A stretch of DNA of 64,000 nucleotides from a virus, in IMG/VR virus record IMGVR_UViG_3300032220_001356, positions 1-64,000 of that record; one strand, 5' to 3'. Below are positions 1-8,581 of this stretch, piece after piece. A program made the position numbers and the translations under genes. Under the pieces are notes generated by a model that saw only the letters and a program-made list of their open reading frames with translations, ran no database searches and was not told the origin of the DNA. Position 1 is the stretch's first letter. The number at the start of each line of letters is the position of its first letter.

Positions 1-1
1 G

Positions 2-41
2 TTAGAAGCCTCCTCTGACGAAAAGTTAGGGGAGGCTCTAA
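2..41 (+). other. Stem-loop upstream of first early promoter (possible terminator of upstream gene)
   Basis: AGCCTCCTCTGAC pairs with GTTAGGGGAGGCT using G-U pairs around a GAAAA loop; there is no clear U-tract. Confidence 0.45.
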
Positions 42-44
42 TTA

Positions 45-87
45 TGTAGTCCTTCTTACAGACTTCCTCTAACCTCTCTGCTATACT
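45..87 (+). promoter_or_regulatory. Early promoter copy 1 (TGTA-N8-TACA, N22, TATACT)
   Basis: TGTA 45-48, TACA 57-60 followed by GACTTC, extended -10 TGcTATACT ending at 87. Confidence 0.8.
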
Positions 88-110
88 CTTGAAGTATGGA
101 GAAAGTAAGT

Positions 111-608
111 ATGTTCAGTATCGGTGATATGGTTGAGTACCTTAACGTCAGCGGGCCGGGCTGTGGCTCTATCGGCGTTGTAAGCGGACCTTCTGCATAC
201 GAAGGGTTCCCGCTTATCACGTTCATTAGCGGTCCCGATGCCGGTAAGACCTATGCCGTTAATACTGCTGCTCTAAAGAGCCTTGTTGACAAGGAAGAAG
301 AAAAGCCTGCTATCAAGGAGGAAATTGCTGTGGTTGAGGAAAAGCCTGCTTCTACCAGCAAGAAGAAGTGGTCTAAGGTTGAAGTGGTTGCAATGATTAA
401 GGAAAAGGAGGTAGCCGTCGAACGTGGCATCCTTTGCCTTAACAAGCACCATCAGCGTATCCCCGAAAAGTCCCGTCCCTACGTGTCTTATTGGGCAGAA
501 TACATCGCAAGCGGAAAGCGTCTTTCTGGACGGCATCTGTTTAATGCCCGTCGTACCTGCTATTTCAACGCAAAGGTGCTTGTGGACGCAGCAAACGGAG
601 TGCTGTAA
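111..608 (+). CDS. Hypothetical protein with N-terminal SH3/KOW-like domain (MFSIGDMVEY)
   Basis: ORF 96..608; ATG at 111 follows a GGAG RBS and starts the family motif. Confidence 0.7.
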   Translation: MFSIGDMVEYLNVSGPGCGSIGVVSGPSAYEGFPLITFISGPDAGKTYAVNTAALKSLVDKEEEKPAIKEEIAVVEEKPASTSKKKWSKVEVVAMIKEKEVAVERGILCLNKHHQRIPEKSRPYVSYWAEYIASGKRLSGRHLFNARRTCYFNAKVLVDAANGVL

Positions 609-612
609 ATTC

Positions 613-655
613 TGTAGTCCCGCTTACAGACTTCTTCCGAGAAAGGGTATATACT
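613..655 (+). promoter_or_regulatory. Early promoter copy 2
   Basis: TGTA 613-616, TACA 625-628, TATACT 650-655. Confidence 0.8.
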
Positions 656-712
656 CTTAAAACATCGTCGCTCTGCTGGTTCTACCCCGGCTTAGAAAGG
701 AGGACGAGATTC

Positions 713-755
713 TGTAGCCTACCTTACAGACTTCTTCCGACAGATAGGCTATACT
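713..755 (+). promoter_or_regulatory. Early promoter copy 3
   Basis: TGTA 713-716, TACA 725-728, TATACT 750-755; exactly 100 bp after copy 2. Confidence 0.8.
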
Positions 756-817
756 TCATATGTAGCGTGAAACCTACATCGTCAATCAACATCAACGTTC
801 AATCAAGGTAATTACAA

Positions 818-1891
818 ATGGCTATTGATTTCGCTACCTTCCTCTCCATCGTCCCCTTCGTGACCGACGTTCGCAAGCCTGTTCTTATTCGCGGTCGTCA
901 CGGCATCGGTAAGTCCGAGGTCGTTTATTCCTACGCTGCTAAGGCCGGTCTGCCCGTTGTTGAGCGTCGTGCCTCGCAGATGACCGAGGGTGATCTGCTT
1001 GGTCTGCCCGATAATCGCGATTGTGAGATCGCTGGTAAGAAGGCTACTACGTGGAACGCTCCCGATTGGCTTGTGCTTGCTTGTAGCCAGCCTGTCGTCC
1101 TCTTTCTGGACGAGGTGGATCGCGCTACGACTGAGGTTCGACAGGGCATTTTTGAGTTGACCGATAGCCGCAAGATCAACGGCTGGACTCTTCACCCGGA
1201 TACGCTTATCTTCGCTGCCGTCAATGGTGGCGAGCATGGTAGTCAGTATCAGGTTGGCGAAATGGATCCGGCGGAACTTGATCGTTGGACGACGTTTGAC
1301 CTTGCTCCTACCGTAGAGGATTGGCTTGCGTGGGCGAAGGATGCCGTGGACGGCGTTATCTTCGATTTCATCAACGGCAACCGCACGCACCTTGAGCATA
1401 GCGGTGATTACGAGCCTAACAAGGTTTATCCGTCTCGTCGTTCTTGGAAGCGTCTTAACGATTGTCTCGTCAAGGGTCGTCTGCTGGATGGTGGTGCTTC
1501 GCCCGTCATTTTCAACCTCGCTGCTGCTTTCGTTGGCTTTGAGGCTGCGGTTGCGTTCAACGACTTCGTTGCCAACTATCAGCGACAGGTGACGACGGAG
1601 GATATCCTTGATAGCGGCAAGGTTTCTGCTACGAAGGACTTCGCTATCACGGACCACAACGCTCTTGCGGATAAGCTGATTCTTTCCGGTCGTTTCGCGG
1701 ACCTTTCTGTCGATGCTACGAAGAACCTCGCTGAGTATTGGATTACTCTCCCGTCTGAGGTTGCGATGAAGCTCTTCACGGAGATCGGTAAGCAGAACGT
1801 CCAGCTTTCCATTGCCTTTCACAAGACTATCACCAGCAGCGGTACTAAGGTTGGTGACCACCTTGTGAAGCTCCTTACCGGAAAAAACTGA
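818..1891 (+). CDS. MoxR-like AAA+ ATPase (AAA_5 type)
   Basis: Walker A GRHGIGKS, Walker B VLFLDEVDR, sensor-1 FAAVN, arginine finger in MDPAELDRW, and PSRRSW; AAGG RBS. Confidence 0.9.
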   Translation: MAIDFATFLSIVPFVTDVRKPVLIRGRHGIGKSEVVYSYAAKAGLPVVERRASQMTEGDLLGLPDNRDCEIAGKKATTWNAPDWLVLACSQPVVLFLDEVDRATTEVRQGIFELTDSRKINGWTLHPDTLIFAAVNGGEHGSQYQVGEMDPAELDRWTTFDLAPTVEDWLAWAKDAVDGVIFDFINGNRTHLEHSGDYEPNKVYPSRRSWKRLNDCLVKGRLLDGGASPVIFNLAAAFVGFEAAVAFNDFVANYQRQVTTEDILDSGKVSATKDFAITDHNALADKLILSGRFADLSVDATKNLAEYWITLPSEVAMKLFTEIGKQNVQLSIAFHKTITSSGTKVGDHLVKLLTGKN

Positions 1892-1942
1892 AAGCGTTGT
1901 CCTTTGTGGACAATAATAAATAAGTAAAAAAACTGACTAACT

Positions 1943-1995
1943 AATCTCCCTTTCAACGAGTAGGAAACTACTTACTTGAAAGGGAGATTTTTTTT
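1943..1995 (+). terminator. Long hairpin with U-tract; late motif inside and GIY-YIG RBS in the 3' arm
   Basis: Perfect 14-bp arms AATCTCCCTTTCAA (1943-1956) and TTGAAAGGGAGATT (1976-1989), inner GAAA-capped stem, then a T run. Confidence 0.8.
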
Positions 1996-2733
1996 ATGGC
2001 TTCTGAAAAAGGCGGTATTTACTTCATCATTTCGCTTATAGATAGCAAAAGATATGTTGGAAGGAGCGTAGATATAAAAAGACGTTTAAGAGAGCATAAA
2101 ACCTCGCTTATTGCCCAAAGACATAGAAATAAACACTTACAAAATGCGTGGAACAAATACGGAGCATCTAACTTTGTTTTTGCTCCATTTCTTTATTGCA
2201 ACGAGGAAGCAGCGATAATTGAGGAACAAAAGCAGTTAGATATTTTGTTTTTAGAGCCAGATAAAACATTTAACATTTCTAAAGATGCTACTATGGCTCC
2301 GTCAAATGTGCAGCATCGAAGAGCCATAAGCGAAGCAGGTAAGAAAAGAGCACCTATAACCGAAGAAACAAGAGCGAAGCTAAGAGCAGCAAGAGCGCGC
2401 AAAGTATTTACGGAGGAAGAAAGAGCTAAAATATCAGCAGCCAGCAAAGGACGTACTCATACGGAAGAAACAAGGAAGAAACTAAGCGAAAAGGCAAAAG
2501 GAAGGAAACTATCAGAAGAACACAAGAAGAAGATAAGCGAAGGTGGAAAAGGCAGGGTTGTATCTGACGAAACGAAGAGAAAGATAGCACAAAAGGCTAC
2601 CGGAAGAAAAGCATCGGAAGAAACAAGAAAAAAGCTTTCCGAGTCTCATAAAGGAAAGCCAATTTCAGAGAACGCGAAAAAACATTGGTTCAAGAAGAAG
2701 AATAAAGACGCTGAAGAAAAGGCAGTTAGTTAA
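1996..2733 (+). CDS. Free-standing GIY-YIG homing endonuclease with NUMOD3 repeats
   Basis: GIYFI...RYVGRS...R...H catalytic domain; repeated (H/L/V)(T/S)EE(T/H)(R/K)KK(L/I)S motifs; A-rich composition unlike the upstream gene. Confidence 0.92.
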   Translation: MASEKGGIYFIISLIDSKRYVGRSVDIKRRLREHKTSLIAQRHRNKHLQNAWNKYGASNFVFAPFLYCNEEAAIIEEQKQLDILFLEPDKTFNISKDATMAPSNVQHRRAISEAGKKRAPITEETRAKLRAARARKVFTEEERAKISAASKGRTHTEETRKKLSEKAKGRKLSEEHKKKISEGGKGRVVSDETKRKIAQKATGRKASEETRKKLSESHKGKPISENAKKHWFKKKNKDAEEKAVS

Positions 2734-2885
2734 GCCTATTTTGTTCGCTTCAGTTTGTCCATAAGATATCCCTAACACGAAGTCAAAAGTGTTTGTCAAG
2801 CTAAACATAAAAACTATTACAACTTTTTTCTTCTGCCGTCCTTCTGCCGTTCCATCACCGACTCCAGCAACCTCCGCAGGATGCC

Positions 2886-3349
2886 CGCTAAGGCCACTCA
2901 GAAGCCCGTGGAGGCACGCGGAGGGTAAGGGCACGGGTAAGGCAGGTGTCCGAGGTCGAACGGCTCATAAGCGTTCCTAGAGGGGGTAGAAGCGATGCGA
3001 GGATTCGTTTAACTATTTTATACACTTAGCTACCCCCTTGATCATCGTAGAGGTGTCCGTGCCGCTATGATGTAGTGCTGGTGCCTGTCAAGGACTTAAA
3101 GGAAGAAAATGTAAACCAAACTACACTTTCTATGCCGACGCTAACCCGTCCTTCATCGAAGGGTAGAGCAGGCTATCCCATATACTTCAACGCTAAGGCT
3201 ACTCAGAAGCGTTATGAGCCACGAGGAGGGTAAGGGTAAGGGTCCGATAGGGTTACGAGGTCCGTCGAGCCTATAAACGACGGGGCGAAGGCTGGTCATA
3301 AATGCAGGTTATAACTGGCAAATTATGCCCCCTTTTTCATCGTAGAGGT
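2886..3349. repeat. Diverged non-coding direct repeat (about 160-170 bp units starting at 2886 and 3191)
   Basis: Both units begin CGCTAAGGC(C/T)ACTCAGAAGC, contain GGAGGGTAAGGG and CGAGGTC, and end CCCCCTT..TCATCGTAGAGGT. Confidence 0.7.
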
Positions 3350-3428
3350 TCCTCAATAGTTACGACAGCTTATACCATAACCTCTTGAATCACGCATGGT
3401 AGGCCCATCGTAGAAGGAAGTGAAGAAG

Positions 3429-3471
3429 TGTAGTCCAGCTTACAGACTTCTCTACGCTGGTCGTGTATACT
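3429..3471 (+). promoter_or_regulatory. Early promoter copy 4
   Basis: TGTA 3429-3432, TACA 3441-3444, TATACT 3466-3471. Confidence 0.8.
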
Positions 3472-3509
3472 TCTTAAACATCGTCGTTAACCCTTAATAA
3501 AGGTCAAAC

Positions 3510-4184
3510 ATGGCTTATTTTCGTCCTCGTTACTATCAGACCCGTGGCGGTCCTACTACGCTAAATTATGAGCGTTCAACCTCTCGTCCTGTTGATGTTG
3601 CGGAAACGGCTCGTATTGAGGCTGTTATCAATAGTCCGCATTACAGCAGCCTTCCTCAGAATAAGCAGGATTTCATCAAGTCTATTAAGGAGCAAGCAGG
3701 TTCTAAGGGACTTTCTGATGCTCAGTTGAATTATCTTGCTTCTATCGAGAAGTCTCTTGCCCCTGTCGATAATTCTTGGTTTAACGCCACGGATTCTGAA
3801 ATGGTCCGCAAGCGTGAATTCACTAAGAATTATTATGGTGCAACGGGCTATTATTCGACCATCGTGGCGAAAATGGCGGCTGATTCTGCTTTTGTCCCCG
3901 ATAAGGCTCTTTGGGACAAGATGTGGGAAAACAAGTTCATTAATGCACGTTATAAGCGTTTTATTGACGGACATACACTTAACATCGGTGATATCGCTAT
4001 CGGCAAGTTTTCGTATGGCGGGCCTCACAACGGCATTATTCAAGATGTTACCTACAATTACTTTGATGGTCGTTGGCAATATACGTTTCTTACTTTTGAG
4101 GGTCATACCATGACTTTTAAGGACTCCGAGGTCAAGCCTGCCGAAAAGAAGGCTCGCAAGCCTCGTTCTAAGAAGGTGAAGTAA
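3510..4184 (+). CDS. Hypothetical protein with C-terminal SH3/KOW-like domain
   Basis: 224-aa ORF with AAGG RBS; LNIGDIA near the C-terminus; codon usage like the other early genes. Confidence 0.8.
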   Translation: MAYFRPRYYQTRGGPTTLNYERSTSRPVDVAETARIEAVINSPHYSSLPQNKQDFIKSIKEQAGSKGLSDAQLNYLASIEKSLAPVDNSWFNATDSEMVRKREFTKNYYGATGYYSTIVAKMAADSAFVPDKALWDKMWENKFINARYKRFIDGHTLNIGDIAIGKFSYGGPHNGIIQDVTYNYFDGRWQYTFLTFEGHTMTFKDSEVKPAEKKARKPRSKKVK

Positions 4185-4360
4185 TGCAGTTTAATGTTGG
4201 TGAAATCGTCAAGGTTTATAGCACCTTTGACTTCTCCGAGGTCGCTGCTGTAATTGTGGAGGTTAAAGGCAAGAATTTGCGCGTTAAATACCTTGATAGG
4301 ATGGACGAAGCAGCACTATGGTACATGGACGACGAAGTTATCGAGGAAGAAACTGGATAA
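4184..4360 (+). CDS. Small SH3/KOW-like family protein, 58 aa (not in ORF track)
   Basis: Hand translation MQFNVGEIVKVYSTFDFSEVAAVIVEV...; TAATG overlap with the previous gene. Confidence 0.8.
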   Translation: MQFNVGEIVKVYSTFDFSEVAAVIVEVKGKNLRVKYLDRMDEAALWYMDDEVIEEETG

Positions 4361-4388
4361 CTCAGCATTTTCAGCCTAAGCAGGAAGT

Positions 4389-4431
4389 CGTAAGGAAGCT
4401 TACAGACTTCTATACGTGTTTGCTCTATACT
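4389..4431 (+). promoter_or_regulatory. Early promoter copy 5
   Basis: CGTA 4389-4392, TACA 4401-4404, TATACT 4426-4431. Confidence 0.78.
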
Positions 4432-4456
4432 TATTCTTCAACGTGGAGAGTGTTTA

Positions 4457-4816
4457 GTGTTTAACAAGACTTGTATTCATTGTGAAGTTTCCTTCGATGC
4501 TTCCTCCCGTCGAAAGCGGGATATTGGCGGCAAGATTAACGAGTGTCCCGATTGCGTTGAAGAGTTCGGCCTTGAAACTGCTGTTCCCTATGCTGGTGTG
4601 CAGGCTGGCGATGGAAAGGGAGTTGGATGCACGATTGTTGCTTTCAATACCGAAAAGGATAGGGAGCAGTACGTCAAGGCTTGGAGGGCCAATAGCGGTC
4701 AAAACGTAGGTAAGTCCTGTCAGATTGGTCGTGGCACCATTGCAATGACGGGTATGAAGTTCAAGAAGGTTGGTGAGAGTGGTTCTATCGGCACTAATCA
4801 TAAGGGACGGATGTAA
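4457..4816 (+). CDS. Zinc-finger hypothetical protein
   Basis: CIHC...CPDC; GGAG RBS before a GTG start. Confidence 0.75.
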   Translation: MFNKTCIHCEVSFDASSRRKRDIGGKINECPDCVEEFGLETAVPYAGVQAGDGKGVGCTIVAFNTEKDREQYVKAWRANSGQNVGKSCQIGRGTIAMTGMKFKKVGESGSIGTNHKGRM

Positions 4817-4819
4817 TGC

Positions 4820-5017
4820 ATGAAAAACACTTTCAAGGTTGGCGATCTTGTGCAAATCCAAGGCTATGGCAACACTATCTTCGTTGTTACCAACACATAC
4901 ACCAATCTTGGTGGGTGGGGGCCAAATTCCTCTCAATTTTGTAATATTCAAGATATGAACTTTATTGTTTATTTGCCAAACAATAGAAAGGTTCGGGAAG
5001 TAAGGAAGGTGTCGTAA
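4820..5017 (+). CDS. Small SH3/KOW-like family protein
   Basis: FKVGDLVQ motif. Confidence 0.75.
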   Translation: MKNTFKVGDLVQIQGYGNTIFVVTNTYTNLGGWGPNSSQFCNIQDMNFIVYLPNNRKVREVRKVS

Positions 5018-5310
5018 TGACAAAAACCAAATTTGATATTGGAAGTCTCGTTAAAGCTTCAAGTCGTCTTAATATCTGTCCTGCTACCTCTTTTCATGTG
5101 TGGCCTAAGCAAGATAAAATCGAATACTTTCCTACAAGATATCGAAGAATCACTCCACAACAGCGTAATACTTTGCTTCGCAAGGATGTAGGCGTAGTAA
5201 CACGTATTGAAAAGCTTGGAAGCAACGACACTTTTCTATATCAAGTTAGGTTCTTGCAAACAGGACTTGACCTTGTTTTGCATGAAAGGCAATTGAAATG
5301 GGCAAAGTAG
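5017..5310 (+). CDS. Small SH3/KOW-like family protein
   Basis: FDIGSLVK...VGVV...YQVRF; coupled start and stop. Confidence 0.75.
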   Translation: MTKTKFDIGSLVKASSRLNICPATSFHVWPKQDKIEYFPTRYRRITPQQRNTLLRKDVGVVTRIEKLGSNDTFLYQVRFLQTGLDLVLHERQLKWAK

Positions 5311-5588
5311 AAATAGGAGATATGGTAGAATTAACCGACTTTAGCAAAGAATATCACATTAAATATGCTTTTTCTGCTTGGAAAAGTATAAACGAGAATA
5401 AGTTAGGTTTCAATGGCAATGTTCCCGAAGATTCCTCAGAATACAAGGAGTGGTTTAGCAAGCTTTGCAATTCCATTGGTTATGTTGTAGATACAAAGCA
5501 GATTAATGTAAAGTGGGCAAAAGTTAGGTTTATGTGTTGCGAGGAGCCTTTTTGGCTTCAAGCAAAACACTTGAAGAAATGCAGGTAG
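5298..5588 (+). CDS. Small SH3/KOW-like family protein
   Basis: VEIGDMVEL...IGYVV...KVRF. Confidence 0.75.
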   Translation: MGKVEIGDMVELTDFSKEYHIKYAFSAWKSINENKLGFNGNVPEDSSEYKEWFSKLCNSIGYVVDTKQINVKWAKVRFMCCEEPFWLQAKHLKKCR

Positions 5589-5616
5589 AACGTGTCTTAT
5601 CAAGATAATTATTATA

Positions 5617-5928
5617 ATGGCTATGGAGGCAAAATGGTTAATTTCTTTGCTGGTTTTTTCGTCCTTTTCTTTGCTGTTTTTTATAACCTTGGTCTTGCGT
5701 ACAAAACGCGATAAACAAGTCAACATGGACATTGGCATAGGCGATATTGTAAGATGGAAGCACAGCTATCGCGAAAACGAGTGGCTTGGTGGATTAGTCG
5801 TTGGCTTTGATGAACAAAGAATAAGCTACACAATTCAACCTTTCCATAGTGCAAATAGCAGAATAACATTACTTGCTGAAACATACGGCGAATATTGGTT
5901 CAAGATTGATAAGAGTTTTCTAAAATAA
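5617..5928 (+). CDS. SH3/KOW-like family protein with putative N-terminal membrane anchor
   Basis: Hydrophobic N-terminal stretch, then IGIGDIVRW; start position uncertain. Confidence 0.65.
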   Translation: MAMEAKWLISLLVFSSFSLLFFITLVLRTKRDKQVNMDIGIGDIVRWKHSYRENEWLGGLVVGFDEQRISYTIQPFHSANSRITLLAETYGEYWFKIDKSFLK

Positions 5929-5946
5929 ACCAAATTGAGATAATTG

Positions 5947-6150
5947 ATGATACAAGTTGGAGATTTAGTCAAATATACAAAATACCTTGGCGACCTAACC
6001 GAATTTGGGATGGTCATAGAGAAAAACAAAACAAAGAAAACATCAGAGCAACCAACGGAATACATATGTGTTATGATGTTTTCAAGAACGTACACAAACG
6101 TCAGTCTTTCAGTCGAGGATGAAGGAAAGACTTGGTTCAAGATAGAATAG
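5947..6150 (+). CDS. Small SH3/KOW-like family protein
   Basis: MIQVGDLVKY. Confidence 0.75.
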   Translation: MIQVGDLVKYTKYLGDLTEFGMVIEKNKTKKTSEQPTEYICVMMFSRTYTNVSLSVEDEGKTWFKIE

Positions 6151-6168
6151 CAACTTTATAGGTGATTT

Positions 6169-6369
6169 ATGATTAAGGTTGGAGACATTGTTTGTTTTAT
6201 GAATATGCATTATGGAGTTATTAGCTCCATTGATGACGAGGAATACCTTTACTATGTGGATTGGATTAGCGACCCGACGCACGAAGAAGTGAGCAAAAGG
6301 AAGTTTCTACGGGAAGAATACTACGGCACAACGTGGACAAGGGCAGTCAAAGTTCAAGATTCGCCCTAA
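6169..6369 (+). CDS. Small SH3/KOW-like family protein
   Basis: MIKVGDIVCF...YGVI...YVDW; AGGTG RBS. Confidence 0.75.
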   Translation: MIKVGDIVCFMNMHYGVISSIDDEEYLYYVDWISDPTHEEVSKRKFLREEYYGTTWTRAVKVQDSP

Positions 6370-6391
6370 TTTTTTTTCCTTCCATCCACTT

Positions 6392-6434
6392 TGTAAGACT
6401 TATTACAGACTTTCTATAGCCTCCATGCTATAAT
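6392..6434 (+). promoter_or_regulatory. Early promoter copy 6
   Basis: TGTA 6392-6395, TACA 6404-6407, TGcTATAAT ending at 6434; ATG only 6 nt later (possibly leaderless). Confidence 0.8.
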
Positions 6435-6440
6435 GCTTAC

Positions 6441-6632
6441 ATGCTTGAGATAAAGATAGGTACAATCGTTAAACCACATAACACTAACACAAACAAACTT
6501 GGTATTGTTGTGGATGTTCAATATGACGATAGAAAGTGTGTAAAGCAAGTGCTTATCCATTGGTACGATAAAGAAAAGCCCGATGGATACAAAATGTGGG
6601 AATTCTACAACTATTTCGCAAAGGTATCATAA
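6441..6632 (+). CDS. Small SH3/KOW-like family protein
   Basis: IKIGTIVK...LGIVV...IHWYD. Confidence 0.75.
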   Translation: MLEIKIGTIVKPHNTNTNKLGIVVDVQYDDRKCVKQVLIHWYDKEKPDGYKMWEFYNYFAKVS

Positions 6633-6808
6633 TGTTCAAGGTTGGCGATATCGTCACCTTTAAGCTATTCAGCAATAACTATGCAGGATATGTGTTGGCA
6701 ATTGATGTTCGCTATAACACAAACGATACATGGTGCAATGTGTTATGGTTTGATAATGGTACATCGAATTGGACACCTCAACATGCTTTGCGAAAGATGG
6801 AGGATTAA
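6632..6808 (+). CDS. Small SH3/KOW-like family protein
   Basis: MFKVGDIV...VLWFD; start moved to the ATG of the TAATG overlap. Confidence 0.8.
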   Translation: MFKVGDIVTFKLFSNNYAGYVLAIDVRYNTNDTWCNVLWFDNGTSNWTPQHALRKMED

Positions 6809-6810
6809 AC

Positions 6811-7005
6811 ATGGACAAGTTTAATGTTGGAGACATTGTTAAACTCAAAAAGGTTAAAAACGCTATCTTTCAATATGACGAGGATACGTATGGTGTTATC
6901 TTGAACACAATTGCAATGCCACTTGAAGTTGAATATGTGGTGAAGTGGTTTGATAATGGTGCTGTTGGTCGTTTTAATGAATACCTTTTGGTGAAGGCAC
7001 AATAG
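6811..7005 (+). CDS. Small SH3/KOW-like family protein
   Basis: MDKFNVGDIVK...VKWFD; GGAGG RBS. Confidence 0.8.
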   Translation: MDKFNVGDIVKLKKVKNAIFQYDEDTYGVILNTIAMPLEVEYVVKWFDNGAVGRFNEYLLVKAQ

Positions 7006-7007
7006 AC

Positions 7008-7190
7008 ATGGGCAAGTTTAATGTTGGTGATATTGTCAAGTCAGCAAAGAAATTGCCACCTGTTTATGGTGTGATTATTCATTGTTATTTTGGTTGGTAC
7101 AAAGTGCTTTGGTTTGACGAAGAAATAGAAAAAGAAAACTATAATCATGAATACCCTGCTCATTTCTTAGAAAGGGTATCCGATGTTTAA
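7008..7190 (+). CDS. Small SH3/KOW-like family protein
   Basis: MGKFNVGDIVK...KVLWFD. Confidence 0.8.
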   Translation: MGKFNVGDIVKSAKKLPPVYGVIIHCYFGWYKVLWFDEEIEKENYNHEYPAHFLERVSDV

Positions 7191-7377
7191 GGTTGGAGAT
7201 ATCGTCAAACATAAACTCAGCAATGTTCATGGTGTTATTATTAAATGTGACAACATTGTTGGTGAAAACTATAAAGTGCTTTGGTTTGACGAGAATATCC
7301 AAAAGGAAAACTATGACATATCATATCCTGCTTCTTTTATGATTTATTATATAGAAAAGGTGTCCGACGATGTTTAA
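7183..7377 (+). CDS. Small SH3/KOW-like family protein, close paralog of 7008-7190
   Basis: MFKVGDIVK...KVLWFD; shares a 20-nt identical stretch with the previous gene. Confidence 0.8.
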   Translation: MFKVGDIVKHKLSNVHGVIIKCDNIVGENYKVLWFDENIQKENYDISYPASFMIYYIEKVSDDV

Positions 7378-7588
7378 GATTGGAGATATGATAAGGCATG
7401 TAAATGAACACGTTTATGGTTTTATCATTGATACAGGATATGCCCAAACAAACATCAATGGATGGAAACCAAAAGGTGATGATGGTTTGCGTTATAAAGT
7501 CCAATGGTTTGAGAGCGAAGATAAATATTGGTCAAACCACAGATGGGTCACGCATAGGGAAATTGAGAGAGCAGAATATAATGTTTGA
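7370..7588 (+). CDS. Small SH3/KOW-like family protein
   Basis: MFKIGDMIR...KVQWF. Confidence 0.8.
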   Translation: MFKIGDMIRHVNEHVYGFIIDTGYAQTNINGWKPKGDDGLRYKVQWFESEDKYWSNHRWVTHREIERAEYNV

Positions 7589-7775
7589 GATAGGAGATAT
7601 TGTAAGACAGAAGCAAATGATGGAAAAGGTTTATTATGCTCTTATCATTGATATCAAACACAACCAACATGATATGTCCTTATCTCGCATTACTGCTCAA
7701 TGGATTAATTGGCATGGAGAGATAGTAATACTTACTCAAAGAGAAGCCAAAATATGGTGGGAGAAAGTAAGTTAA
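7581..7775 (+). CDS. Small SH3/KOW-like family protein
   Basis: MFEIGDIVR; start moved from 7404 to the motif Met. Confidence 0.78.
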   Translation: MFEIGDIVRQKQMMEKVYYALIIDIKHNQHDMSLSRITAQWINWHGEIVILTQREAKIWWEKVS

Positions 7776-7942
7776 TGTTTAATGTAGGAGATATTGTAAA
7801 GTATAGGTATGAGAGGTATTATATCAGATATGGATATGTTATTGATGTAAACCAACAAGAGCAAGAGTTTAAGGTGCAATGGTTTGATGGAGAAACATTG
7901 TGGTATCTACCGGGCTCGTTAATGAAAGTGAGATTAAAGTAA
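7775..7942 (+). CDS. Small SH3/KOW-like family protein
   Basis: MFNVGDIVK...KVQWFD; TAATG overlap. Confidence 0.8.
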   Translation: MFNVGDIVKYRYERYYIRYGYVIDVNQQEQEFKVQWFDGETLWYLPGSLMKVRLK

Positions 7943-7954
7943 AGTGGAGAGATA

Positions 7955-8101
7955 ATGTTTAACATTGGAGATATTGTAATGCATAGGTTTCATCATAGTT
8001 ATGGTTATGTTATTTGCACAACCTATAAAGGAAATAAGATTCAATGGTTCAATGGGAATATGAATTGGCATTTGCCATATGTTCTAAATAAGGTGGATTA
8101 A
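7955..8101 (+). CDS. Small SH3/KOW-like family protein, 48 aa (not in ORF track)
   Basis: Hand translation MFNIGDIVMHRFHHSYGYVI...KIQWFNG; GGAG RBS. Confidence 0.75.
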   Translation: MFNIGDIVMHRFHHSYGYVICTTYKGNKIQWFNGNMNWHLPYVLNKVD

Positions 8102-8112
8102 AGTGGAGTCTG

Positions 8113-8319
8113 ATGATGTTTAAAGCAGGAGACATTGTAAGGTTAAAGAGCAAGACAGCATCGGGAAAGACTGACCTATATGCTTTTGTTACTTATATAC
8201 AGCATAATCCTCCACAACCTCTTTCTTATGTCAAGATTCAAGGACTTAATTTTAATTGGCATGGAGGTTCAATGCTTACTTATCGTGAGGCTCAATTGTG
8301 GTGGGATAAAGTGGAGTAA
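8113..8319 (+). CDS. Small SH3/KOW-like family protein
   Basis: MFKAGDIVR; C-terminus LTYREAQLWWDKVE resembles that of 7581-7775. Confidence 0.78.
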   Translation: MMFKAGDIVRLKSKTASGKTDLYAFVTYIQHNPPQPLSYVKIQGLNFNWHGGSMLTYREAQLWWDKVE

Positions 8320-8538
8320 TGTGGAGTATTGTGGCGAGTGGTTGTTATTGCTTGTATGATATGCAAATGCATAACAACTTCGTTAGCTGTAATGCTTGTT
8401 TTGTTAAGGGGTTTTGTTTTGCGAGTGTTGGGTGGGTGTATTTAGCACCAACTCACAAGTATCATATAATTAGTATCAAGTATCGATAAATTCCATGTAT
8501 CAACGCAAAAAAATGAAACTTTTTTGTATTGCGAGTTT

Positions 8539-8581
8539 TGTAGTTTCGCTTACAGACTTAAACGAGAACCTATGCTATTCT
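8539..8581 (+). promoter_or_regulatory. Early promoter copy 7
   Basis: TGTA 8539-8542, TACA 8551-8554, TGcTATTCT ending at 8581. Confidence 0.78.

Noticed and set aside
812-1861. 349-aa minus-strand ORF
   Set aside because: It is an in-register shadow of the ATPase gene, explained by absence of TTA/CTA/TCA codons, and has no recognisable motifs.
1880-2830. Group I intron housing the GIY-YIG gene
   Set aside because: The ATPase ends with an apparently complete C-terminus, no downstream exon is evident, and I could not identify intron core elements. A free-standing endonuclease fits better.
2665-2980. Short ORFs 2665-2934 (-) and 2789-2980 (+)
   Set aside because: They lack an RBS, have atypical composition and overlap the non-coding repeat.
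4184-8319. Diversity-generating retroelement behind the small-gene array
   Set aside because: No reverse transcriptase or adenine-specific TR/VR pair is visible in the window.
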